DNA from: Bdellovibrio sp. | GTDB lineage: Bacteria; Bdellovibrionota; Bdellovibrionia; Bdellovibrionales; Bdellovibrionaceae | DNA: 64,000 nt | Direction of reading: 5' to 3' | Assembly (NCBI GenBank): GCA_036676395.1 | Contig: JAKFCY010000002.1 | Span: 1,440,001-1,504,000 of the forward strand | Shown here: piece after piece, positions 30,317-39,695 of the stretch | Layout: each line of letters begins with the position of its first letter | How positions within the stretch are numbered: the stretch's first letter is position 1 | Translations under genes and position numbers: made by a program | Notes under the pieces: generated by a model | Seen by the model: the letters and a program-made list of their open reading frames with translations, nothing else | Told to the model about the DNA's origin: nothing | Databases searched by the model: none

Positions 30317-31663
30317 ATGGCAAAAAAATCAAAAAAATCTACAAAAGCTAAAGAAGTACAATCAGAAGAGCTATTAATCTCTGAAGATCTAGCAGCTGAA
30401 ATTGATGCTGAACTTGGCGGGGATCTTGAGGTTTCTGCTGATTTATTTCAATCTGAAGAAGCTGAAAGTATCGGTTTTTTACCAGATGTTTCAGACGATG
30501 ACGAAGTTGAAGAATTATTAGCTGTGAATGCTGATGTTGATCTTGAAGGTTCTGAGCTTGATGGTTTTGAATCTGCTCAAATTGACGAAGTCGAGTTCGT
30601 TGAAGACGAACATGCTGAAAGCATCGTTGAAAGTATTTTATTTGCCTCAGACCGTCCAGTAAGTCTTGCTTCAATCAAAGAAGTTTTTAAGGGCACTAAC
30701 GTGCGTAAAGATAAAATCAAACGCATCTTAGACAATTTAGCTGTTGAGTACGCTAGTGGTCGTCGTGGTGTAACTTTAGAAGAAATCACTGGTGGTTACC
30801 AATTACGTACTAAAATCGATAATATGAACTTTATTAAACGCACAGTGAAAACTCGTGCCTTTAAATTATCGGGTCCGGCTTTAGAAACATTATCGATAGT
30901 CGCGTACAAACAGCCTGTTGTTAAAAATGAAATCGACCAGATCCGTGGCGTTGAATCAGGTCACTTATTGCGCGCTTTAATGGAAAAAGGTTTATGTAAT
31001 TTCGAAGGAAAAGCAGAAAACTTACCCGGCCGCCCTATGCAGTACGGAACAACTCGTCGTTTTCTAGAAATTTTTGGTCTTCGTAACTTAAAAGAATTGC
31101 CAACTTTATCACAAATCGATGAATTATTGCCTGAAGGCATTGGTGATGAAGAAGAACAAAAGCCAACTCTTTCTAGCGTTACAGATGCTATGTCTGCCGA
31201 AGTTAAAGAAGTCAGCTATTCACAAGGTGAAGAAGAATTAGGTGCTATTGAAGATGAACTTCAAACAATCACAACATCTTCAGATTTCTTTGAACAAGAA
31301 AAAGTTCGTCAAAAACAAAAACGCGATGCTGAAAAAGCGCAAGACATTCGCGATGCGATGACAATGGGCGAGACTGTTCCTCGTCGTGATCAAAACTGGT
31401 TAAAAAAATACGACGAAAGTTTAGTTATGGCAGAAGCTGGCGTAACCGTGCCTGTAAACTTTGTTGAAGATGCGCAAGGCTCTGAAGACTTGCAAGCTTC
31501 TGAGAATAAAATCACGCAAATCGAAGCTGGTGATGAAGCCGACGAAGATTCTGATGAATTACATTTTTTTGAAGATGCTGAAGGCAATAAAAACCATGAA
31601 AATGGCAGTGAAATTTACGCTGACGAAGATGATGAATCTCCAGTAGATGGAGAGCTTTCATAA
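30317..31663 (+). CDS. scpB: ScpB with acidic N- and C-terminal extensions
   Basis: ESILFAS, GGYQLRT, ALETLSIVAYKQP, IRGV, GRPMQYGTT…FGL. Confidence 0.93.
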   Translation: MAKKSKKSTKAKEVQSEELLISEDLAAEIDAELGGDLEVSADLFQSEEAESIGFLPDVSDDDEVEELLAVNADVDLEGSELDGFESAQIDEVEFVEDEHAESIVESILFASDRPVSLASIKEVFKGTNVRKDKIKRILDNLAVEYASGRRGVTLEEITGGYQLRTKIDNMNFIKRTVKTRAFKLSGPALETLSIVAYKQPVVKNEIDQIRGVESGHLLRALMEKGLCNFEGKAENLPGRPMQYGTTRRFLEIFGLRNLKELPTLSQIDELLPEGIGDEEEQKPTLSSVTDAMSAEVKEVSYSQGEEELGAIEDELQTITTSSDFFEQEKVRQKQKRDAEKAQDIRDAMTMGETVPRRDQNWLKKYDESLVMAEAGVTVPVNFVEDAQGSEDLQASENKITQIEAGDEADEDSDELHFFEDAEGNKNHENGSEIYADEDDESPVDGELS

Positions 31664-32178
31664 GTCGTATAATCCTGACTTCGATTTTTGTTTATTTTGT
31701 TTCCATGATGATTGTCATGGGTAACGGTTCATCATTTCTGGGGCGTTATTTAGGTCAGTATTATTTTGCGGTGGCAAATACTGTAGGCGTAAATACGACT
31801 TGGAATTTCTTTAGTCCAGACCCAGCTCATATTATGTATATCCATTACATCATTCATTTTGAAGATGAATATGGCAACCCTACACAAGAATCTAAAGAGT
31901 ACTTTTATCCTGAACAAAAAGATGGCTCAGACTTTTCAATTAATGTGCGCCGACATAATTACATGATGCGCTTTGTGGCCATCGATCCAAGTCGGGTAGC
32001 ACAGTTTTTTATTCCCTGGGTGTGTAAACAAAATCCAGGAGCCACTAAGGTTCAGTTTGGTCTTATTTTAAATCGCATTCCAAGTCTTGATAAAGTTATT
32101 ACTTTAAAAGATACGCCTTATAATGAATTATTAGTCACTGAAGAGTTGAATCAAAATGTTTTTAATTGCAAAAAATAA
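31660..32178 (+). CDS. SdpA/DUF5819-like HTTM partner protein (start may be ATA 31660 or ATG 31705)
   Basis: WNFFSPDP motif; N-terminal hydrophobic anchor; directly upstream of the HTTM gene. Confidence 0.6.
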   Translation: MSRIILTSIFVYFVSMMIVMGNGSSFLGRYLGQYYFAVANTVGVNTTWNFFSPDPAHIMYIHYIIHFEDEYGNPTQESKEYFYPEQKDGSDFSINVRRHNYMMRFVAIDPSRVAQFFIPWVCKQNPGATKVQFGLILNRIPSLDKVITLKDTPYNELLVTEELNQNVFNCKK

Positions 32179-33103
32179 AACTAAAAAATTAAAAACAGTG
32201 GTTACTGATTTTTTATTTGCCGAAGGCCATTTTGAACGCCTTGGTGTTTTTCGGTTTTTGCTTTGTGCTGTGATGTTTTACATTGCCTGCTCTCGCCAGT
32301 TTAATGTGGATCAGTACGGCCCAGATTCATTGATTCCTGGTGGGCAAGCACTTGATGTGTTCAGTGATTTTTATAAGCCTTATATTAAATTCTTTTTCTG
32401 GCCAGATGAGTTTGCTTGGAGCATGCATTTGATTTATATCGTGCTTCTTGGGCTTGCGACATTAGGTTTATCGAGTCGGCCGCTGATGATTTTAACTTGG
32501 GTGATCGCTCAAGGTTTTATTCAAAGAAACTTTTCAGTTCTTTTTGGCGCTGATGTGATTGCTACATTATTTTTGTTTTATTTATCTTTTACCCGCTGTA
32601 ACGAATATTTTTCGCTGCGCCGATTTTTCTCATCTAAAAAAGTTATTTTCAATCCGAACTCTTGGAGTGACCAGTTAAGCACGATGTTTTTTAGATTATT
32701 GCAGTTGCAGCTTTTTACGATTTACGCCTACACAGGCTTTGAAAAGTTAAAGGGGAGCACTTGGTGGGACGGAACCGCGCTTTGGACAGTGTTGGTAAAT
32801 CCGCAGTTTACTTCATTTGATTTGTTATTTTTAAAAGATTTTCCAATCTTTTTCGCGGTTGGAACTTTCGTGACTATTATTTTCGAAGTTTATTTTTGGG
32901 TCATGGTTTCAATTAAAACCACACGTCCATTATGGCTGTGGTTGGGCGTGCTTTTTCACTTGATGATCGGCGTGCTTTTAGGACTAATGTCGTTCTCGCT
33001 GGTCATGGTCTCGACCTATGTTTTATTCGCTTATCGTTCCAACCTGAGACACTGGCTTGGAAAAGCTATTCCAAAGAAGTTAGAAAAGCTTATAAGCCTT
33101 TAG
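32156..33103 (+). CDS. HTTM-domain membrane protein (SdpB/VKGC-like)
   Basis: QRN…GAD, Y..TGFEKL.G..WWDGTAL, FE, FH..IG..LGL..FS. Confidence 0.85.
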   Translation: MFLIAKNKTKKLKTVVTDFLFAEGHFERLGVFRFLLCAVMFYIACSRQFNVDQYGPDSLIPGGQALDVFSDFYKPYIKFFFWPDEFAWSMHLIYIVLLGLATLGLSSRPLMILTWVIAQGFIQRNFSVLFGADVIATLFLFYLSFTRCNEYFSLRRFFSSKKVIFNPNSWSDQLSTMFFRLLQLQLFTIYAYTGFEKLKGSTWWDGTALWTVLVNPQFTSFDLLFLKDFPIFFAVGTFVTIIFEVYFWVMVSIKTTRPLWLWLGVLFHLMIGVLLGLMSFSLVMVSTYVLFAYRSNLRHWLGKAIPKKLEKLISL

Positions 33104-33141
33104 AACCTTTAAGAAATCAGTAAAAAATGCCGATAAATTAA

Positions 33142-34662
33142 GTGATGTTATTACGTCTATCATTGCTATTATTGATGTTTGTTTTTCACGGTTGCACCGG
33201 TGCTGTGAATAATTCGACTCTTCTTTCGCAGTTCAAACCATGTGTTGATGCTGAAAACTGTACAACAAGCACACCAGGAGTCATCGCCGGAGAATTAAGA
33301 ATTTTACCTGATGAAGGTGAAATTTATTCTTCACCCGAGGGCTCAGATTTAGTCGAAATCACAGGCAGTTGTGAAGATTTAGGTCGAAAATCAAATCGTA
33401 TTTTGGTTCAGGTTTATGAAGGTGAAGACGATTCGATAAGTCCAATCATTGATAATTCAATCGGAATAATGTGTCAGGATAATATTTCAACCTCGTCGCT
33501 AGCTTCAAATGGCGGTGCCCCGAAAACCTGTATGTTAATCTCTCAAGGCATCGGGTTAGCTGATGCAGGCCAATCAACATCTCAGTTTCCGCAATGTTTC
33601 AATGGTCGTTTTAGTTTTCAGCTGCGCATGGGCCGTATTATTCGTAATAATACAACGGTAAATGATAAAACTGATGCGACGAATCCACGCACGCGTTATT
33701 TAGTAAAATTAAAATTACGTACAACTGAGGGAATTACTGCTGATTCTGGCGCAAGTACGATGTTTGTGAATCGCGCACTGCAAACCCCAAGTTTTTCGGT
33801 TACAAAAAATAAAGAAAACGATCGTTGTGAAATTAATTTTAACCCGTCGAAGTTTCGCGATTCAAGATATACGCTCTATTCAACATGGACAGGTCCTAGT
33901 TACGCAGCTTCAGGCAGCTTAACGAATTCGATCTCGGGAACAGTTTATGTGGATACATCACCGACATTTCCTGGCCTGGGCAACGGGACTACTATCGAAA
34001 AATTTTATCACTTCGGTGAACCTTTAGATTCATCAATTGGTTTGATGCCGGGGGTAAATTACACTTACCGTATGGAAACCGCAGACTATTCATTCAGAAA
34101 TGTGACAACACCAGCCTTAACAGATTACGAAGTTCAGTTCGGCGGGGTTGTAGGAGCTGTTGAGCGCAGTGCTATTTCTGGAAACGTAAGCTGTAACATG
34201 GACCCAGCTTACGTGCGTGACCGTACCGAGCAAAACCAGGGAGCTGGAACTCCGAATTCATGTCTGTTGTCATTAGCCGGTTATAATACGCGTGGGTACA
34301 ATATTGAATGGCGCGTATCTGATACATCACCGACTTGGATGACAACAAATCCAAACTCAGGATTTCTGATCTCTACAGGTGGAGATTCAAATTGTCGCTC
34401 GCTTCCAACATGTTTTGTTCATGGTGATCGCGGTATTTCGTCGGCCACAACTTTTATTAATGCTGTAGGTGTTGCAACGCCGTTTCAAGCAAATGTTCCA
34501 TATTACTTTGCAGCCCGCCATTACAGAGACACAAACGGCAATAGTCAGTTTGATGCAGGCACAGATCAGATTGTAGGGGATTGGTCTCCAGCGACAACAA
34601 CGACAACAAATTCTTCCGACTACAATCATCGATGCACTTTTAATACATTTCCAGTGCAGTAA
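33142..34662 (+). CDS. Cys-rich, Ser/Thr-rich surface lipoprotein with beta-sandwich-like domains
   Basis: Lipobox-like FHGC; 12 further Cys; PGVNYTY and VPYYFAAR FN3-like strands; DTNGNSQFD. Confidence 0.65.
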   Translation: MMLLRLSLLLLMFVFHGCTGAVNNSTLLSQFKPCVDAENCTTSTPGVIAGELRILPDEGEIYSSPEGSDLVEITGSCEDLGRKSNRILVQVYEGEDDSISPIIDNSIGIMCQDNISTSSLASNGGAPKTCMLISQGIGLADAGQSTSQFPQCFNGRFSFQLRMGRIIRNNTTVNDKTDATNPRTRYLVKLKLRTTEGITADSGASTMFVNRALQTPSFSVTKNKENDRCEINFNPSKFRDSRYTLYSTWTGPSYAASGSLTNSISGTVYVDTSPTFPGLGNGTTIEKFYHFGEPLDSSIGLMPGVNYTYRMETADYSFRNVTTPALTDYEVQFGGVVGAVERSAISGNVSCNMDPAYVRDRTEQNQGAGTPNSCLLSLAGYNTRGYNIEWRVSDTSPTWMTTNPNSGFLISTGGDSNCRSLPTCFVHGDRGISSATTFINAVGVATPFQANVPYYFAARHYRDTNGNSQFDAGTDQIVGDWSPATTTTTNSSDYNHRCTFNTFPVQ

Positions 34663-34682
34663 TTTTGAAACCCACGTTACAC

Positions 34683-34723
34683 AAATAAAAAAGGCTTACT
34701 GTTTAAAGTAAGCCTTTTTTATT
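34683..34723. terminator. Bidirectional intrinsic terminator
   Basis: AAATAAAAAAGGCTTACT/AGTAAGCCTTTTTTATTT inverted repeat between convergent genes. Confidence 0.88.
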
Positions 34724-34745
34724 TTTCAGAATTTAGATTTTAAAA

Positions 34746-35744
34746 CTAGAAAGTCTCGTCAAACGCTACTTGTCCAGTTACACCATGCTGGTAAGCAGAT
34801 ACACGACGCTCAAAGAAATTCGCAAGCTCTTGCATGTCTTGTAATTCCATGAAAGAGAACGGATTTTTTGTATTGTAACGTTTAGGAATGCTTAACATCT
34901 CTAAACGTTGGTCGGCGATGTATTCTAAGTACTGGCGCATATCAGTTACTGATAGACCTGCAATACCGTGAGTTAAAAGATCTTCAGCAAAAGTCATTTC
35001 GCATTCGATAGCATCTTCTAACATCTGAACAACCATTTCCTGCATTTGTTCATTAAATAAAGCCGGCTCTTCTTTTCTAACTGTATTGATGACTTCCATC
35101 GCGAAAGCCATATGCATGCTCTCATCACGGAATACCCAGTTAGTTCCAGAAGCTAAACCTGCTAATAAACCTTTAGAGCGCAAGAAATAAACGTAAGCAA
35201 AAGCTGCAAAGAAGAATAAACCTTCGATGCAAGTCGCAAAACAGATTAAATTCATAACGAATTTTCTGCGGTCTTCAACTGTTTCTAATTTTTCTAAATC
35301 ATTGATTGAATCAATCCATTTGTAAGCAAATTCAGCTTTCTTTTTGATAGAAGGAATGTTTTCTACCGCAGAAAATGCTTTAGCGCGCTCATCCGGATGT
35401 GGAATATAATTATCTAAAAGAGTTAGATAAAATTGAACGTGCAAGGCTTCTTCATAAAGTTGGCGAGATAAATATAAACGCGCTTCAGGCGAGTTGATAT
35501 GTTTGTAAAGATTTAACACTAAGTTGTTACCAACGATAGAATCACCTGTTGCAAAGAAAGCGACTAATCTGTGGATTAAATGCTTTTCTGAAACTGTCAT
35601 TTTCGAGTGTAAATCAACTAAGTCAGTTGAAAAATCGACTTCTTCAACTGTCCATGTGTTTTTAATACCATTTTTATACATTTCGTAAAAAAGCGGGTAT
35701 TTCATCGGGCGTAATGTTAAATCAAATCCTGGATTTAAAATCAT
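34746..35744 (-). CDS. nrdB: Ribonucleotide reductase class Ia beta subunit
   Basis: FFATGD, EEALH…Y, EGLFF, RDESMH; start at ATG 35744 behind AAGGA. Confidence 0.94.
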   Translation of the reverse strand: MILNPGFDLTLRPMKYPLFYEMYKNGIKNTWTVEEVDFSTDLVDLHSKMTVSEKHLIHRLVAFFATGDSIVGNNLVLNLYKHINSPEARLYLSRQLYEEALHVQFYLTLLDNYIPHPDERAKAFSAVENIPSIKKKAEFAYKWIDSINDLEKLETVEDRRKFVMNLICFATCIEGLFFFAAFAYVYFLRSKGLLAGLASGTNWVFRDESMHMAFAMEVINTVRKEEPALFNEQMQEMVVQMLEDAIECEMTFAEDLLTHGIAGLSVTDMRQYLEYIADQRLEMLSIPKRYNTKNPFSFMELQDMQELANFFERRVSAYQHGVTGQVAFDETF

Positions 35745-35757
35745 AAAATAGTCCTTT

Positions 35758-38214
35758 TTATTGGCAAGCTTCGCAAGCTTCAGGGTTTTCGATACTGCAA
35801 GCAATCACTTCTGAATCTGAGTATTCTTTTTTCGCTACAACAGGCGCCGCAGTAGCTGCATCCATTGCCGGAATTTCAGTTTTTACAGAATTGTTACCTG
35901 ATGACTTAGTTGTTGTCGTTTTCGCAATTGAAGTCGCTGGACGAGAACGTAAGTAATAAGTTGTTTTGATTCCGCGTTTCCAAGCGTACATGTACATTGA
36001 AGAAAGTTTTCCGATCGTTGGCGATTCAGAGAATAAGTTCAATGATTGTGATTGATCGATAAATGCGCCGCGATCAGCACCCATATCAATTAATGCTTTC
36101 ATCGGAACTTCCCAAACTGTGCGGTAAAGTTCTTGAACGTCAGCTGGAATCGTCGTTAAGCCTTGGATAGATCCTTCGCTTAATTTAATTTCATTACGTA
36201 GATCTTCATTCCAAAGACCGCGTTCTTTTAAGTCTTGAACTAAGTATTTGTTTACTTGCATGAATTCACCAGAAAGTGTTTCACGTTTAAATAAATTAGA
36301 TACTTGTGGCTCAGTCGCTTCGTAACAACCAACGATTGATGCAATTGTTGCTGTTGGCGCAATCGCGATCATTAATGAATTGCGAAGGCCAGTTTTTTTA
36401 ATTTTAGCTTTAAGAGCGTTCCAACGAGTTTCGTCAGTTGGTTTAACATTCCAAAGATCAAATTGTAAAATTCCTTGAGCGGCTTTTGTATCGGCAAATG
36501 CACCGTGAGGTCCGTGAGCTTCAGACAATTCAGCGCTTGAAGTTAAAGCGTTGAAATAAATTTCTTCTTGAATACGCGCAGAAAGTTTCATCGCCTCTGC
36601 AGAATCAAAAGGTAATTTTAACTGAAAGAATGCATCTTGAAGACCCATGATGCCAAGACCTACTGGGCGCCATTTGTGATTTGAATCTTTCGCTGTATCG
36701 ATCGGGTAAAAGTTAATATCAACTACGCGGTCTAAGTATTTAACAGCTGCGCGCACAGTTTTAGCTAATTTATCGAAATCAAATTGGCCATTAACAATGT
36801 GACGGCCTAAGTTTACAGAACCTAAATTACAAACTGCAGTTTCTTTAGCAGAAGTGACTTCTAAAATCTCTGTGCAAAGATTTGATAAGTGAATCACGTT
36901 TTCTGGTTTACCAGTTTGATTCGCCTTCATGTTTGAAGCATCTTTAAATGTCATCCAACCATTGCCAGTTTGCGCTAAAGTCTTCATCATACGAGCGTAT
37001 AAATCGCGCGCTTTAAGTTGTTTAACGTATTGTTTTTTCTCTTCAGCAGCAATGTAAGCTGTTTCGAATTCTGGACCATAAAGATCTACGAAATGAGGCA
37101 CAACACGTGGATCAAATAACGACCACATACCATCAGCTTCAACGCGTTTCATGAATAAATCAGGAACCCAGTTAGCCATGTTTAAGTTATGAGTACGTTT
37201 TTGGTCATCACCGGTGTTGTCACGTAATTCAAGAAATTCTTCAACGTCAGCATGCCATGTCTCTAAGTAAACACACGCAGCCCCTTTACGTTTACCACCT
37301 TGGTTAACCGCAGCTACTGAAGAATCCATAGTTTTTAACCATGGGATAATACCATTAGAGTGACCGTTTGTTCCTTTGATAAGCGACCCGCGTGAACGCA
37401 CGCGAGAGTACGCTACACCGATGCCGCCGGCAAATTTAGATAATAAAGCGATATCACGGTATTTATCATAAATTGCGTTAAGATCATCAGCCGGAGAATC
37501 TAATAAATAACAAGAGCTCATCTGAGGACGAAGAGTTCCCGAGTTAAATAAAGTCGGCGTCGAAGGCATGTAATCATGTGAAGAAATCAATTTATAGAAT
37601 TCAATCGCTTCAACTGGGTTTGTTGAAAGTCCGCAAGCTACACGCATAAAGAAATACTGAGGAGTTTCTAAAACTTGGCGTGAAGTTGGATTTTTTAATA
37701 AATAACGATCATAAACTGTGCGTAATCCGAAATACTCAAAACGATCTGTTTTGTAGTGTTCGATCGCTGCACAAAGTTCGGTTTTGTGAGCCATTACGAA
37801 TTTGTGTGTCGTTTCTGATAAAAGACCGTTTGTGAAACCAAATTGCACAGAATCAGCGAAAGAGCCGATTTTTTGCGATTTAACTTCTTCATCAATATAT
37901 GTAGATAATAAACGAGCCGCTAGGCGAGAGTACTCAGGATCTTCACCGATAAGTAAAGAAGCTGTTTGAATACATAAGTTATCTAATTCTTTAGTCGTAG
38001 CGCCATCATATAGACCGCTAATAGCTTTTGTAGCAACACGTAATGGATCGATCTGTTGTAAGCCTTGAGCGTTACGGCTAACGCGCTCAACGATCTTAGT
38101 AACGTCAACCGGCTCTAATGTGCCGTCACGTTTTTTAACTCGCATCATATGAGAGCCAGTGTTTGCACTGTGGTTAGTATTCATTCCTGCATTCATCGTA
38201 TTATTTGTCGTCAT
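35758..38214 (-). CDS. nrdA: Ribonucleotide reductase class I alpha subunit with ATP cone
   Basis: VKKRDG ATP cone, SSCY, SNLCTE, VCNLGS, APTATI, KTTYY, terminal CEAC. Confidence 0.96.
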   Translation of the reverse strand: MTTNNTMNAGMNTNHSANTGSHMMRVKKRDGTLEPVDVTKIVERVSRNAQGLQQIDPLRVATKAISGLYDGATTKELDNLCIQTASLLIGEDPEYSRLAARLLSTYIDEEVKSQKIGSFADSVQFGFTNGLLSETTHKFVMAHKTELCAAIEHYKTDRFEYFGLRTVYDRYLLKNPTSRQVLETPQYFFMRVACGLSTNPVEAIEFYKLISSHDYMPSTPTLFNSGTLRPQMSSCYLLDSPADDLNAIYDKYRDIALLSKFAGGIGVAYSRVRSRGSLIKGTNGHSNGIIPWLKTMDSSVAAVNQGGKRKGAACVYLETWHADVEEFLELRDNTGDDQKRTHNLNMANWVPDLFMKRVEADGMWSLFDPRVVPHFVDLYGPEFETAYIAAEEKKQYVKQLKARDLYARMMKTLAQTGNGWMTFKDASNMKANQTGKPENVIHLSNLCTEILEVTSAKETAVCNLGSVNLGRHIVNGQFDFDKLAKTVRAAVKYLDRVVDINFYPIDTAKDSNHKWRPVGLGIMGLQDAFFQLKLPFDSAEAMKLSARIQEEIYFNALTSSAELSEAHGPHGAFADTKAAQGILQFDLWNVKPTDETRWNALKAKIKKTGLRNSLMIAIAPTATIASIVGCYEATEPQVSNLFKRETLSGEFMQVNKYLVQDLKERGLWNEDLRNEIKLSEGSIQGLTTIPADVQELYRTVWEVPMKALIDMGADRGAFIDQSQSLNLFSESPTIGKLSSMYMYAWKRGIKTTYYLRSRPATSIAKTTTTKSSGNNSVKTEIPAMDAATAAPVVAKKEYSDSEVIACSIENPEACEACQ

Positions 38215-38398
38215 GACAATTCCCCTCGTTCGTCTTTTAGATCCCCATCCAAAAGACAGTAAACAGCACCCTTTGTTTTTCCCCCTCGGAAAAACAACGA
38301 TTAGATAAGTCTAGTTATAATGTTTCAAGAAAATTTTAGTTGACCGTCCTAGCCAACTTCGCGAACCCCTTCAAGTATAGCTTCGACATGCTGTCAAA

Positions 38399-38414
38399 TC
38401 ACTACATCTAGTGG
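38399..38414. promoter_or_regulatory. NrdR box
   Basis: TCACTACATCTAGTGG matches the NrdR palindrome (CACTA-N4-TAGTG); upstream of nrdA and next to a minus-strand TTGACA. Confidence 0.75.
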
Positions 38415-38690
38415 TGCAATTCCCAGCCCCATCCTATGGGCCGTGTTTGTTCTTAAAATAAGGTTGATTGAAATTAATCAAACAATCAAACATTTTTCTT
38501 TCTTTTTTTAATTTATTTTTAAAGGTCCTGCCGCAAGTCTAGGCATGCGCAATGCGAAAAGTGAACAAAAACAAAACTTAAGTCGAGGAGTTTTCTCTCT
38601 CGAGAAATGGTGTCAATCGCAAAATTTAGGGTTTTTTTAAGGGGTTGTGTAACGATAAAATTTCAGAATCTTACATGATCTAAAATTTAG

Positions 38691-39683
38691 CTAAATGCGC
38701 TCAACTCTTAAACGCATTTCTTCAAATAAAATGTTGTCATTTTCGTTCTGATTATTCAAATGGCAACCCTGGTAGATTTTTGACTCTCGAAAGCGGTCAA
38801 TAATGTACTGATGTGTTCCCATTTTGTCCGATGTCCATTTAGGTGCGATCAATTCATCCCAGCGGGAAGCAAAAGCTGCTAATCTATGAACCGCGATGCG
38901 CGGGTGAAGGTAAGACATAAATAATTTTACGCGCTCAGTGTATTGTTCGCGTTCGATCGGCGTAAAACGCCCTTCAGCATGCCACTTAGCAAGCTCGGTG
39001 TTTGTTAAGACATGCAGATTGTGAAGTTTGACATTAGTGATCGGCAGATCATTGCAGATTAAAGCCTGTTGTTTGATTTCTTCTTCAGTTTCATTCGGTG
39101 ATCCAATAATTAAATGGATTCCCAGATCAACCGCCGTCGTGTTTGCGATTTTATCAATAGCTTTTAATGAATCGGCCGCTGTATGACCACGCTGCATGAA
39201 CTCTAAGTGATGATCGTAAAAACTCTGAACACCCAGCTCAACAGCTACAAATGATTTTTGGTAGTACTCTTGCCATAGGTTTAACACCGCCGGTGATAAA
39301 CAATCCGGACGGGTGCCTACGACAAAGCCTTTAACAAAAGGGTAAGATAAAGCGGTATCGAAATTTTCACGTAAAGCTGAAACTTTTGTGAAGGTATTTG
39401 TGTAAGCCTGGAAATAAACTAAGAATTTTTTAGAATTATACTCTTCGCCGATTTGAACTTGGTATTTTTCGATTTGTTCGCGTAAACCCATGGTAAAAGA
39501 TTCTTCGCGCGCAGCTGATCCCCAGACATCGCAAAAGCTGCAGGTTTTCATGCCTTTTAAACCCATACGATTAGGGCAGTCATCAACAACCGTCACAGGT
39601 ATTTTGTAAACCTTCTCTCCGAAGATTCTTTTGTAGTGCTCAGCAATACTGTGATAGGGTAGTCCCCGCCAGCCTTTTTCCAT
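38691..39683 (-). CDS. TIGR01212/YhcC-YtqA family radical SAM protein
   Basis: CPNR.G…CSFC, YFQAYTNT, GTRPDC, ELGVQS, KLHNLHV. Confidence 0.9.
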   Translation of the reverse strand: MEKGWRGLPYHSIAEHYKRIFGEKVYKIPVTVVDDCPNRMGLKGMKTCSFCDVWGSAAREESFTMGLREQIEKYQVQIGEEYNSKKFLVYFQAYTNTFTKVSALRENFDTALSYPFVKGFVVGTRPDCLSPAVLNLWQEYYQKSFVAVELGVQSFYDHHLEFMQRGHTAADSLKAIDKIANTTAVDLGIHLIIGSPNETEEEIKQQALICNDLPITNVKLHNLHVLTNTELAKWHAEGRFTPIEREQYTERVKLFMSYLHPRIAVHRLAAFASRWDELIAPKWTSDKMGTHQYIIDRFRESKIYQGCHLNNQNENDNILFEEMRLRVERI

Positions 39684-39695
39684 AGGGGATTTATA

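Noticed and set aside
38214..38690. Cobalamin or other known riboswitch upstream of nrdAB
   Set aside because: No B12-box or other conserved riboswitch core recognised; only simple hairpins and an NrdR box
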